Shown here in pieces: positions 11,273-21,322 of a DNA stretch of 64,000 nt (the first letter of the stretch is position 1; every line of letters starts with the position of its first letter). Made by a program: the position numbers and the translations under genes. The notes under the pieces were generated by a model, which was given only the letters and a program-made list of their open reading frames with translations, was not told where the DNA came from and made no database searches. The stretch is taken from assembly GCA_963664815.2 (NCBI GenBank), contig CAXXHB010000003.1, positions 3,744,001 through 3,808,000 on the forward strand. Reading direction: 5' to 3'. Source of the stretch: Spirochaetota bacterium. GTDB lineage: Bacteria; Spirochaetota; UBA4802; UBA5550.

Positions 11273-11306
11273 ATAAAAAAGGGCTCTGTACAGAGCCCTT
11301 TTTTAT
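11273..11306. terminator. Perfect 34-bp palindrome; terminator of the tubulin-like operon, overlapping its stop codon
   Basis: ATAAAAAAGGGCTCTGT|ACAGAGCCCTTTTTTAT is its own reverse complement, giving a U-tract on both strands. Confidence 0.88.
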
Positions 11307-14300
11307 TTCAGAATACGATTCTTGACGCTTACATCACGGATAACAACATCAGGCATCTTCTGCTCTATAGTTTTAAGGAACTCTGTTACTTTGGATTTAT
11401 CTGTCAATGCAGGGTCACTATCCAGTCTGAACATTGACGAAGAGATATAATCATCCAGTTTATATGAAAGTGTCTCCATAAGAATATTCTGCCATTCAAG
11501 TGACCCTCTTTTTTCAAAATAATCGCAGAAATCAAGTTTATCCTTAAACTGCGGAAGTACTGTCTGCTCTATTTTCCACGATGGAAGAGATATATCAGCA
11601 CCCGCTAGTATATTTCCCCTGCTTCTTTTAATCACCGATTTGACCGATCTGATAATGAAATCCCGGATTTTTTTTTCACTCTCAAGAAAAACGGCGAGTT
11701 CACCATTATGAGCAAACTTCGGGATCTTTATATTTTTATCTGTATAAACATCCTTCGGAATCCCCTGCGCCAGAACTCTTTCACCAGTATTATCTCCATT
11801 CATTATATCCATTATCACCAGAGAGTATTCTTTACGAAACTGCAGCTTCCCGTCCTCAGGATTCCTGGCAAGTATTCCAAGACCACTGACTACTTCACCA
11901 AGAAGATCTGGCTGGATGTTTTCAAATCCACCCTGCTGTATAATTTTTTTTTCCAGTTCCAGAATTACCCGTTTATAGTTTTCTCTTGCTTCCAGTTCTT
12001 TGAGTACTTTTTCAATCTTTTCTTCGTAAAAATAGGCTCCATCTTTCTCCTCTATTATTTTTAAAAGAATAAGTCCCGTCCAGAGCTTCTCGGGATTAAG
12101 ATAATTTATTTTCCTGAAAGGATCGGGGAAATACTTTGCGTCAAAAGACGGGTTATTGAAAAGATGCAGCGGATGACTCCTCTCTGAAATAATAGTGTGA
12201 TAGTCGCCAGCGCTCTCTTCAAGTGAATTTATTTTAAATAATGGAAAGCCAATCAGTAACCCGATGGAGATTATCTCGTAAGGTTTGCAGAGATTCAACA
12301 CTTCAAATGTTTCAATGCTGATCTTCGGTTCAGAGGTCTCCCTCTTCCTGTACTGGTTCAATCTTGGAGGGAGATCATTCGGCAAACAATTGTCCGGTTC
12401 ATCTTCATCCTCATTTGTATTCAACGGAAAATTTGTAACAGTACCGTAACACTCCACTGAGCTTAGTCCGGAAGTATCAAGGTAGATATAAGGTCTTGAA
12501 AAGCTGTCGAGCTTTTCGAGAATGAAGTTAATCGGGATTTTTCTCTCATCAAGTATCTGTTTTATAGAAATTGAATCTAAGCTGAAACCTTTGAACCTGG
12601 AGTGTATAAGTTTAAACAGCTTCTTTTTAATGTTAACTGTTTCAATCGTCAGAAGCGTGGTTTCGCTCAATTTAACACCACTATCTTCACCTGTGCCGGC
12701 ATAAAGAGCCTCTTTAACTTCATCGATAGTTTTATCTTTCAGGCTGCCAAACCGCGTGTTTATAATCTCTTTCACTTCAGCTGCATCCAGATCAAGAATA
12801 CCAGGCCCTTCGGTCGAGATGAGGAATGCTTCTATAAACTGCTCTGCGTCATCCTCTATGCAGAATTTCACAAAATCAACCTCATGACACAGTTCCTCAA
12901 TTGATAAACAGGAATAAAAGTTTTTTTCTAAAAAGGCGTCTATTTCTTTTCTGTTTATCAGATAGAAAAAGAGTGGATTCTTTTCTTCAAGAAGTTTAAA
13001 GCGGATTGATTCGACTTCCTTCATAAGATTAATCTTCAATGCGGAAATTTTTTCTGAAAGTATATTAATTCCGTTGTTCCTGATACTGAAAATTACACCA
13101 CGAAGTTCCCTTATAAAAGCTTCAGCCGAAGTAAGCATTGATTCATGCACAAGCTGCCCGAAATTAAAAGCAGCCATTTCAATTATCGCCCCGGCCAGCT
13201 TTATATCAGGGGAGTCAGAACTCTCCGCCTGTTCTATAAGCTTACTCATATCGTCTGCGGAGTACCTTGCAAGCGCCACTCTCTCTCTGTAATATCTCTT
13301 CTGGTATATATCAAGTTTCTCAAGAAGCAGGCTGGATACCATTGCAGCAAAAATAAAACCGCGTTCCGGATCAACTATGTATTTTTCCATTTCCGGGATC
13401 AGTATACCTTTTATCTTCTCAAGTTCAAGCCGGTAGCGCCTCTCCATCCTTGCCATCATCCCGAACTTCAGTTTCTCAATCTCTCTCTCTCCATAATCCC
13501 TTATTACATTCTCCATCAGCTTTACAACAGAATTTTTATCATCTTTCCCGGTTATGGCATCGAGTCTTTCACGGTATGACACCATTTCTGTGTTTATATC
13601 CGCTTTATAATCGGGATACATTCTTTCAAAGATCATCCTGCAATCAAATCTTAACGTTCTCACAAGCCCATGGTTTATATCTCCCATGGTTTCCAGCATA
13701 AGTCTCCCTTTAACCGGTTTAAAAAACGCATCGATCATTTTTACTGACATAAGACGATAGCCTATCTCTTTAAGTTCAGAGACCGGGTATATTACCCTTG
13801 AAAGACCAAATGAATTATAACATGCTTTTCTCTGAGACTTGCCGTTTTCCGGCAGAAAGACTGGTGCACGAGTTGAATCATTAACGGCTCTCTCTTCAAT
13901 TGCACCTACGGCAATTGACGATATGAAAGCAGAGATAAACTGCCCCGCAAGATCCTGAACATGTTTTTTCCCCTGAAGCGAATTTCCCGCCATATTTTCA
14001 ACATCAAGCAGATATAGCATGCCATCATCAAACAGCCTGTCTGCAACTTCCACATTTCTACCCGATGGATATGCCGCATTGAATGTGCCTCCACACATAT
14101 AAAAGTCTATTTCTTTCAACGCCGCATAAGCATTTGCTCCGGTATTTTTGTTGCTGACCACCCTCCTGAAAGCGGAAGGCAGCATAAGTATCACGTAAAT
14201 TTTCGGTTTGATCCAGTGGTCCTTAAATATATCCCTTACCATTGCGGCAATATCAAGAATCATACCACTCCCGGTACCTCCGACAATCGAAGCGGTTAAA

Positions 14301-15130
14301 AAGACCGATATCTGACCCTTTCTCCGGATATGTGCAACCCTGAATTTTAACTCCTTCCCTTCAAAATCGTCACTGTTTAACTCGAAATAATAACCATTCT
14401 CATCTTCAGGGAAAAAACTCATTTCTACTTTACCCTCAATTTGCGGGCAGAGAACGGAACTTGTGAACATGTCCGGTTCAATAAGTGTAATAAAATTCTC
14501 TGCCGGAATTTTATCCCGGAAATTATACCTGTTTACACCTCCCGCTATTTTAAAACTTATAGTCTCATCTTTTTCATCTCCACTCTCTGCTAAATCCATA
14601 AGCCGGAAGAGTCCGGGGTTTTCAGTCAGCTCATCAAGTCTGTCCCTTTCTCCGATCAAAGCCTTCCTGATATTATCCTCGCTGTAAAAAAATGCGAGAC
14701 GCCCAAGCGCCCTGATCCGGTTTGTACCTTGCCCCTCATGTGTTGAAATATCGTATACATCCGGATCAGGAAGCCAGTTGAAACATGGATCATTCTCATG
14801 TTTATCCCTTATAAATTCCGCAGAGAGACCGGCAGGTACCGGAGAATAAAGGTACAACATCCTTTTCTCTTCCTGATAAAACCGGTCAGAAGGAAACCTG
14901 TAATTCCCAGTCATCCCTTCAATATTTGTTTCAATATCCGTTGTATCAATTCCGACCCATCTAATATACATTTGTGCTTCAGAAGGAATATTTTTTTCAA
15001 TATATTTCCTGGCGGAAAGGACGCCTCCCATACCCGATCCGCCCACTCCTATTACAATAGATTTCCTGACCGTGGGTTTATCATCATTGATGATATTCTG
15101 AACCGATTTATGCAGATTATCATTTATCAT
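11303..15130 (-). CDS. Tubulin-like (Tubulin_2 family) GTPase domain protein, 1275 aa, with long helical middle and C-terminal regions
   Basis: IVIGVGGSG, IDT, R..GRLAF, ASIVGGTGSG (tubulin/FtsZ signature-like), ANAYAALKEID, YNSFGL, C-terminal HPLH. Confidence 0.85.
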   Translation of the reverse strand: MINDNLHKSVQNIINDDKPTVRKSIVIGVGGSGMGGVLSARKYIEKNIPSEAQMYIRWVGIDTTDIETNIEGMTGNYRFPSDRFYQEEKRMLYLYSPVPAGLSAEFIRDKHENDPCFNWLPDPDVYDISTHEGQGTNRIRALGRLAFFYSEDNIRKALIGERDRLDELTENPGLFRLMDLAESGDEKDETISFKIAGGVNRYNFRDKIPAENFITLIEPDMFTSSVLCPQIEGKVEMSFFPEDENGYYFELNSDDFEGKELKFRVAHIRRKGQISVFLTASIVGGTGSGMILDIAAMVRDIFKDHWIKPKIYVILMLPSAFRRVVSNKNTGANAYAALKEIDFYMCGGTFNAAYPSGRNVEVADRLFDDGMLYLLDVENMAGNSLQGKKHVQDLAGQFISAFISSIAVGAIEERAVNDSTRAPVFLPENGKSQRKACYNSFGLSRVIYPVSELKEIGYRLMSVKMIDAFFKPVKGRLMLETMGDINHGLVRTLRFDCRMIFERMYPDYKADINTEMVSYRERLDAITGKDDKNSVVKLMENVIRDYGEREIEKLKFGMMARMERRYRLELEKIKGILIPEMEKYIVDPERGFIFAAMVSSLLLEKLDIYQKRYYRERVALARYSADDMSKLIEQAESSDSPDIKLAGAIIEMAAFNFGQLVHESMLTSAEAFIRELRGVIFSIRNNGINILSEKISALKINLMKEVESIRFKLLEEKNPLFFYLINRKEIDAFLEKNFYSCLSIEELCHEVDFVKFCIEDDAEQFIEAFLISTEGPGILDLDAAEVKEIINTRFGSLKDKTIDEVKEALYAGTGEDSGVKLSETTLLTIETVNIKKKLFKLIHSRFKGFSLDSISIKQILDERKIPINFILEKLDSFSRPYIYLDTSGLSSVECYGTVTNFPLNTNEDEDEPDNCLPNDLPPRLNQYRKRETSEPKISIETFEVLNLCKPYEIISIGLLIGFPLFKINSLEESAGDYHTIISERSHPLHLFNNPSFDAKYFPDPFRKINYLNPEKLWTGLILLKIIEEKDGAYFYEEKIEKVLKELEARENYKRVILELEKKIIQQGGFENIQPDLLGEVVSGLGILARNPEDGKLQFRKEYSLVIMDIMNGDNTGERVLAQGIPKDVYTDKNIKIPKFAHNGELAVFLESEKKIRDFIIRSVKSVIKRSRGNILAGADISLPSWKIEQTVLPQFKDKLDFCDYFEKRGSLEWQNILMETLSYKLDDYISSSMFRLDSDPALTDKSKVTEFLKTIEQKMPDVVIRDVSVKNRILK

Positions 15131-15131
15131 A

Positions 15132-16010
15132 TTACTTCCCTGCCATGCTGAAAGGAGCCATCATAGGATAGAGCCCGTCTTTGCCCGGTGATGAGATATC
15201 ATAACCCGGATAAATTCTGTACAGCCTCAACAAGAAGTTATTCTCATACTTTGTAATCCCGGCATCTGTCTTTACTTCATACTCCTGATTAAAGATATGA
15301 AATTCGAAGTAACCGTTAACAAATTTCTCATTCTGATTAAGCCTTTCTCCCAGACGGATACGAACAGGTTGTTTCGGATCGATCGTCCGGAACGCAGGAT
15401 CTCCCGCCGGATCAGCCTCTTTCATTATATAAATTCTTTCGCTGACACCCATTGGCCTGAACGCTTCAAGTCCGGGATAGCAGATAAGAGCTTCCCCCCC
15501 TCTGCGAAGGTCAATCATGTACTCCTCGTATATGCTGTCCGGCAGGTTGTTGAGGTCCTTCTCAGACCTGTTATTCAGTATTCGTATATGAACATTAAGG
15601 TGATCATTAATTATTTCCGTGGAATATGTTTTAATGTTGCCCTCTGTCTGACCTATTGTAATCAGCTTCCCGGTGACATCCCCTCTGGCAAGTGAATACC
15701 TGAAAATAAGTCCGGGGTCGGGCAGATTTTTCGAATCAACCACTCCCTTTGCAATGGTTTTTTTTATCTTCTTTTCAGATCTATCCTTAACCGAAGAATT
15801 GTTGCTCTCCGGATCATCTACACTCTTGTTCCCGGGTTTCCTCATTTTTTCAAGAAAGATTCTCTGCAAAACAACAGCCAGTGTCAGTATAAAAATTACC
15901 AGCACAGAGGCCGACAGCAGAATTCTGTAGAACTCAACTTCTTTCTGAAGTTCATAGATCCGGGGGTCGAGCTGCTGAAACAGGCCGAGTGAAAAAATAA
16001 ATTTAAACAT
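15132..16010 (-). CDS. Single-pass membrane protein with possible degenerate FHA-like domain
   Basis: TM helix at about aa 30-48 followed by a basic linker; LITIGQ....NI......INDHL.V resembles FHA; GGAGGAGG RBS; stop lies 1 nt before the tubulin-like ATG. Confidence 0.7.
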   Translation of the reverse strand: MFKFIFSLGLFQQLDPRIYELQKEVEFYRILLSASVLVIFILTLAVVLQRIFLEKMRKPGNKSVDDPESNNSSVKDRSEKKIKKTIAKGVVDSKNLPDPGLIFRYSLARGDVTGKLITIGQTEGNIKTYSTEIINDHLNVHIRILNNRSEKDLNNLPDSIYEEYMIDLRRGGEALICYPGLEAFRPMGVSERIYIMKEADPAGDPAFRTIDPKQPVRIRLGERLNQNEKFVNGYFEFHIFNQEYEVKTDAGITKYENNFLLRLYRIYPGYDISSPGKDGLYPMMAPFSMAGK

Positions 16011-16028
16011 TCCTCCTCCAATTACAAA

Positions 16029-17225
16029 CTATATATTTAATGAATGAATGTAACCATCCGTGGAGCCGAAATAAATTTTACCATCCGAGATAAGGGGCTT
16101 CCCGTATATATTGCCATCTGTCTTGAACCTGAACGATTCCTTCCCTGTAACAGCATCAATGGCATAAAGCGAGTTATCGGCCGAACCGAACCAGACTAGT
16201 CCGTTATCTAAAACAGGTTCCGTTCTTATCTTTCCACCCGCACTGAAGTGCCAAACACTCTTTCCTGAAGAATCGAGACAGTAGAAGGTTCCAGCATCTG
16301 ATCCGAAATAAAGATATTCACTTCCGCGTGCCATGCCAGATACAATATTTCCTATAACAGAAGATTTTACTTCAAAATTCCACTTATATTCGCCATTTTT
16401 CCTGTCAACGGCATAAACAAAACCATCCGTGGTCGCAGCGGCAACATAACCTCCGGATTGTGAAACATACGGTTTCATCCTGCAGGCACCGCTTAACTCA
16501 TACTCCCAGATTTTCTGAATTTTACTGCCGCTGTAGTCAAACCCGAACAACCGCCGATCCTCCGACCCTATAAATAACATTCCGGAATCAACTGAGGGTG
16601 TGGAAACCGTTCCGTTTATAGAGACTCCCCATACCGGATTGCCCGAACTTTTATCATTGGGGTTAAATATATCGAAAGCATAAATTCCGTCAAGCGCCGT
16701 TATAAGCAGATACTTCCCGGCCAAAACTGGTTCTGCAAGTATACCTTTCTTCATTTTTTTCTGCCAGAGAAGCCTGTTTCTGATCTCTCCGCCCTCTCCG
16801 CCTAATGTTCCGAGGCCGGTATCAACAGCAAAAACAACGCCTTCGCGAACAACACAGTAGAGTATACCATCGTGAAAAACTGGTGCCGAATAAATCGCCC
16901 CCTGAAGCGTAACTTTGCTCACTGCATGAAGTGCCGATTCACCATGTTCAAAGAAAAATATCTCACCCTTAATATTTGCAGCCGCATATATCTCACGATT
17001 AATTTTATTTGGAAGCCTTATACACCCCGAATGAAAGCCTCCCCCCGTTCTCAAAGATAAAGATTTCATGGCAATATCGGTATTTACAGATACTGGTAAA
17101 TCATCCGGATTTCCATCCGAAAGAGTTCTGATTTTGTTATTTATAAGAGGTGCAAATGATTCATCTATCATAAGATTAGCGGCATCAAAGGCTTTCAGAG
17201 GTTTAAGGAAGGGATTATCGCTCAT
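16029..17225 (-). CDS. PQQ-like beta-propeller repeat protein without signal peptide
   Basis: Repeated blades such as LFIGSED..L, YFGS..G.FY.LD..GK..W, WFGSAD..LYAIDAVTGK. Confidence 0.88.
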   Translation of the reverse strand: MSDNPFLKPLKAFDAANLMIDESFAPLINNKIRTLSDGNPDDLPVSVNTDIAMKSLSLRTGGGFHSGCIRLPNKINREIYAAANIKGEIFFFEHGESALHAVSKVTLQGAIYSAPVFHDGILYCVVREGVVFAVDTGLGTLGGEGGEIRNRLLWQKKMKKGILAEPVLAGKYLLITALDGIYAFDIFNPNDKSSGNPVWGVSINGTVSTPSVDSGMLFIGSEDRRLFGFDYSGSKIQKIWEYELSGACRMKPYVSQSGGYVAAATTDGFVYAVDRKNGEYKWNFEVKSSVIGNIVSGMARGSEYLYFGSDAGTFYCLDSSGKSVWHFSAGGKIRTEPVLDNGLVWFGSADNSLYAIDAVTGKESFRFKTDGNIYGKPLISDGKIYFGSTDGYIHSLNI

Positions 17226-17247
17226 TTTTTCACCGGCCCTGAAATTG

Positions 17248-17318
17248 GTAACTCTATAGACTTATAACAGAACTTTCCCGCAACAGGGAACGTCCTTATC
17301 ATAAATTTATAGAGTTAC
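17248..17318 (-). promoter_or_regulatory. About 30-bp RNA hairpin in the leader of the propeller/tubulin-like operon
   Basis: Minus strand GUAACUCUAUA...UAUAGAGUUAC extends through several G-U pairs to the UUCCC-UGUUGC-GGGAA apex. Confidence 0.6.
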
Positions 17319-17376
17319 TGAACTATTGTTTATAATTTCAGAGTACCGCGGTTATAAATAAAGTCAAGAAATCTTT

Positions 17377-19260
17377 TTACTCTGTTTTAAAGGATCCAAC
17401 TTCAACTGCAAGTTCATGAGACCTGCCATTTAGTTCGCTGGAAAGCCCGCTGATCTTTTCCGAGTTTTCAGATGTCAGCTGCGCATATTCATTTACCGAG
17501 TTTATTGCTTTTGTAAGTTCTTCGATGGTCATCTGCTGCTCAAGCGAGGAATCGTGAATATCCCTGGATATATTACTGAACCTCTCAATCTCTGATCCGA
17601 TCTTTTTATTTTTATCCGATAGATTTTCAGTAAATTTGTATGCGTTGTCAATTACTCCCGCTGTCTGAGAAATGCTGTTCTTAATTATATCAAGTATTTT
17701 TGATGTTTCTATAATATTATCAAGCTCCCGGCTGATTTTAAGGGTCTGAACCGATAGATTTTTCTTTATATCTCCCGCAAGGCTTGAAGTCTGATCAGCC
17801 AGTTTATTCACTTCATCTGCAACAACAGCAAAACCTTTTCCATGTTCGCCCGCCCTGGCTGCTTCGATTGATGCGTTAAGCGCCAGAAGATTTATCTTAT
17901 CAGCTATATCATTTATCATGTTGATCATATTATCAATATTCCCTACGAAAGAAGAAATATCTTTCATAGTCTCAACAGTTTTAAGCATTGATGTTCTCCC
18001 TTCATCTGTTTTGGCCATAGAAGCAGACACGCTCTCCATAATCTCACCAGTTCGGAGTTTAAGCTCCATGGTATCACTGGCAATATCGAGAAGAACATCT
18101 TTCATTACTCCAAAATCCTTCTGCTGCTCTTTAATCCGTTCAACATTAATATCAAAGGATGCCGACATCTCTTCATAGGCGCTTCCGGCTTCTTCAGTTA
18201 TAGCCGAAAGACTTCTGGCCGTATCGGAAAGATTTTCAGATGTCTTATCAAGCCCCTGACCTGTCTGTTCAAGATTAAAAGCATTGCTTGCTAGAGTATT
18301 AACAATTCTTTTAAGACGCTCCTTTACCTTGTAAACAGACTTGTTTATTGTTGAAAGTTCATCCATTACAACTATCTTTGAGGAATATGCCGCGAGATTA
18401 CCCCGCTCAACTTCTTTCAGGATCCTGTTTATACGAACTACTCTTATGATTAATGTCTTGGCGAATATGCCTGAAACATATACGGCAAGAAATATGCCTA
18501 TAGCTGCTATAACACCCAGTCTCGTATATATCACGCTTTTATCAATATCCATTTTAGTGCTGAGCATCAGAAGATAAGCCAGAATTGAAAGGAAAGGAAT
18601 AAACATGATTACAATAATCGACGAAAGCACTTTCTGGTAAATGCTTATACTGAAAAATCTGGGAACCTCACGCCATACAGGAAACACCCCCTGTTCAAAG
18701 ACATTCTGAAGATAAATCTCGCTTAAAAGAAAAAACAACACCACAGAAAATGAACCACATATGACCATCAAAAGCCACATATTAATAGCCTGAACTGTAC
18801 TGATTTCCGCAAAATACATAGTAAGTAAATTAACACAGGCCATTCCGAATAACCACCTGAAAAATGCTCCTATACTATGATAAAATGGAAGTTTTCGATA
18901 CCTGATAAATGCGGCATTATATGTATCCTCATCGTATACCTCCCCCCGGATAAGAATTCTGAAATATTTAAGTATAGGCCTTAGCACAAGGTAATTGTTA
19001 AGCAATGTTGTCAGGCAGGAGAGAGTCGCCGTAAAAAGCGCTGACAAAATAAAAACATTTAACTGATCCGGATTAAATTCAAGATTCGAATAAACATAGA
19101 GAATCATAAGTGGAATGAGGAAAAAATAACTTATAGAGTCTGTTTTCAAAAAAAATAATACAAAAAAATGTTTTATATCTCTGGAGTATTTGTTATCTGC
19201 CATTTGATTTTTCCTCATGTTTTTCTCTTTAATACAAACAACAAGACAAATTTGATACAT
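17377..19260 (-). CDS. Methyl-accepting chemotaxis protein
   Basis: Multi-TM N-terminus, HAMP-like segment, [36 protein letters not shown]. True start probably 19218 or later. Confidence 0.95.
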   Translation of the reverse strand: MYQICLVVCIKEKNMRKNQMADNKYSRDIKHFFVLFFLKTDSISYFFLIPLMILYVYSNLEFNPDQLNVFILSALFTATLSCLTTLLNNYLVLRPILKYFRILIRGEVYDEDTYNAAFIRYRKLPFYHSIGAFFRWLFGMACVNLLTMYFAEISTVQAINMWLLMVICGSFSVVLFFLLSEIYLQNVFEQGVFPVWREVPRFFSISIYQKVLSSIIVIMFIPFLSILAYLLMLSTKMDIDKSVIYTRLGVIAAIGIFLAVYVSGIFAKTLIIRVVRINRILKEVERGNLAAYSSKIVVMDELSTINKSVYKVKERLKRIVNTLASNAFNLEQTGQGLDKTSENLSDTARSLSAITEEAGSAYEEMSASFDINVERIKEQQKDFGVMKDVLLDIASDTMELKLRTGEIMESVSASMAKTDEGRTSMLKTVETMKDISSFVGNIDNMINMINDIADKINLLALNASIEAARAGEHGKGFAVVADEVNKLADQTSSLAGDIKKNLSVQTLKISRELDNIIETSKILDIIKNSISQTAGVIDNAYKFTENLSDKNKKIGSEIERFSNISRDIHDSSLEQQMTIEELTKAINSVNEYAQLTSENSEKISGLSSELNGRSHELAVEVGSFKTE

Positions 19261-19369
19261 ATATATCTGTGTGTTATATGTATTTTATAATATTATGTTT
19301 ATATGCAATAAGGATTAAAACGTTTTATAAAATAATCAATTCAAATTTATATAAATAATCTTTTTTTAT

Positions 19370-19391
19370 GAAAGTGCTTCGAAAGTGCTTC
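19370..19391. repeat. 11-bp tandem direct repeat (GAAAGTGCTTC)x2 upstream of the MCP gene
   Basis: Read directly from the sequence. Confidence 0.75.
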
Positions 19392-19522
19392 AAATGCGGT
19401 TTTATAACGCAGGAGATGCAGATTGTATTATATGATCGGGTTTTCAACATCCGGATTTTTCACTAAAAGACAGTCAAACAAAAGTAATACCGATTAACTA
19501 TTCTTACAGATATTTTAACAGC

Positions 19523-20644
19523 TCAATCCTCTGCTGGTTTATCCAGCATAATCGGATCATACTCTCCACCATTTTCAGCGTCAGTTATCCGATATATATC
19601 CTTATCCACTTTCTTGAATTCTTTAGCAGCTGTATTGTAACTGTTCACCGTTGTGGCGATGTTCTTCCCAAGCCTGTCCATATACTCCTCATAATTATTG
19701 AGATGCTTGTTCAGATCCTTTATTCTGTTTAGAATTATTTTGATGTTCTCTTCAACCTTCTGCTGTTTCAATCCCTGCATCACAGTTTCAAGGTAAGCGT
19801 AAAAAGATGATGGTGATACAATAATCACATGCCTTCCAAAAGCATACTCTATAAGATCCTGAGTACTGACATTAACTGCTCCCACATTATAGATCAGGAG
19901 GTTATAGTAAACTCCCTCGGCCGGGATAAACATAAACGAAAAATCAGTAGTATTTTCTCCATGTTTTATATACTTGGAGGTTTCATCAATTCTGTTTTTA
20001 AGGTCAGCCTTAAACTCCTTCTCAATCTGCGCCCTTACTTCGTTGTTGGTCTCCTGCATCAATCGGTTGTATTTCTCCAGGGAAAATTTTGCATCCACCG
20101 GAATTATTTTATCCCTGTAAAAAATTGCCGCATCAACAATTGTTCCATCGCTGAACTTGTACTGCATTTTATATTGTGCAGGCTGAAGCACATTGCCAAG
20201 AAGCGTCTCAAGGAAATACTCACCGAGTATTCCACGCTGTTTCGGATTTTTCAGTATATTCTCCAGACTCTGCATCTGCTTTGAAAAGTCAAGAACCTGT
20301 TTATTGGTTTCATCAAGCTTTGTAAGACGTTCGGTTACATCTTTTATTATGGCAGCAGATTGACCAAACTGCTTCTGCATATTAACAGTAGTCTCCTGCT
20401 GGCTTCTGCTCATAAGCATTGATATTGAATCGAGTTTCTGCTGCATTTCGAGCCTGCTTTTATGCGTTGTGTCCGAAACTTCCTGCTTAAGTGAGTTTAT
20501 TAGTGCAAGCAGAACCTCGTTGCCCACCGCTGCAGATTCCAGTTTTCTCAGTTTCTGATATGTCATTAAAACAAAAATGAGTACGGGGACCACAAAAAGC
20601 GCTATAATTAAAATAATTAATCCGACAAGCAGTGTACTATTCAT
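19523..20644 (-). CDS. rmuC: DNA recombination protein RmuC
   Basis: N-terminal TM and coiled coil; NPKQRG.LGE..LE.LL, IPVDAKF, YI....TTDF.FMFIPAEG.Y, IIVSPS. Confidence 0.9.
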   Translation of the reverse strand: MNSTLLVGLIILIIALFVVPVLIFVLMTYQKLRKLESAAVGNEVLLALINSLKQEVSDTTHKSRLEMQQKLDSISMLMSRSQQETTVNMQKQFGQSAAIIKDVTERLTKLDETNKQVLDFSKQMQSLENILKNPKQRGILGEYFLETLLGNVLQPAQYKMQYKFSDGTIVDAAIFYRDKIIPVDAKFSLEKYNRLMQETNNEVRAQIEKEFKADLKNRIDETSKYIKHGENTTDFSFMFIPAEGVYYNLLIYNVGAVNVSTQDLIEYAFGRHVIIVSPSSFYAYLETVMQGLKQQKVEENIKIILNRIKDLNKHLNNYEEYMDRLGKNIATTVNSYNTAAKEFKKVDKDIYRITDAENGGEYDPIMLDKPAED

Positions 20645-20884
20645 AAAACCTCTTTCTTAATATTACTGTCACATAAATGCTGATGTATATTAATTCTCAC
20701 GGTCGATTAAACTAAATCTATATTCTGAAATTAAAGAAGCAATTGCCTGAATATTATTTATAAAGTCAGAACTGCACTCCTGGCCCCAATATCAAGAGAA
20801 TTTAAACGATATTTATTCAGTAAAACAGATACATATATGTTTACTATTTATTACCAATGATAATTTTTTACAATTAAAATATTT

Positions 20885-21055
20885 TTTAAATTGAGGGATC
20901 ACTATGAAGAAACCAGTTCCGTACTTAAACCTGTTATATATATAATTCTGAACATGATTACAGAATTAAAGGATTGTCGGGATTTCCTGCGGATAGAGGT
21001 ATCATACACCAGTGTACTTCACGCTGTGCATCAACAGGTTTATAATCAATATCAC
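20885..21055 (-). pseudogene. Possible decayed histidine-kinase HATPase_c remnant
   Basis: One minus frame reads VILIINLLMHSVKYTGV*YLYPQEIPTIL*...KYGTGFFIVIPQ, resembling N-box, G1 and terminal G-box in order, with two stops. Confidence 0.3.
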
Positions 21056-21165
21056 GGCAGATTTATGATAAAAGCCAGACTCTCTTTACAGAAAAGTCAA
21101 TTTCACTTCAATTCCGCCTCAAACACGCTGCTGACAGTTAAAAACGCCCGTTTTTCTCTGCCGGT

Positions 21166-21198
21166 AACGGTATTGAAACGGTATTGAAACGGTTTTTA
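21166..21198. repeat. 11-bp tandem repeat AACGGTATTGA x2 plus an imperfect third copy
   Basis: AACGGTATTGA AACGGTATTGA AACGGTTTTTA. Confidence 0.8.
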
Positions 21199-21322
21199 AC
21201 AGGGTCTTCATACTACTGAAACACCGTTTTGGCAGAAGAGCTACTCTCCTTTACTGCATTTGTATCGTTCTTTCCATATTCTGTTTTGTTATTTTCAGAA
21301 TATGAAAACTATTAGCACCGTA

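Noticed and set aside
11303-15130. Annotation as ftsZ or btubA/B
   Set aside because: Length, motifs and context fit the divergent Tubulin_2 family; no division-cluster genes are adjacent.
20891-21187. 98-aa + strand ORF
   Set aside because: TTG start without RBS, no recognisable motif, and it ends within a tandem repeat.
21166-21198. Possible CRISPR or iteron array
   Set aside because: Contiguous 11-bp units without spacers; no cas or rep genes in the window.
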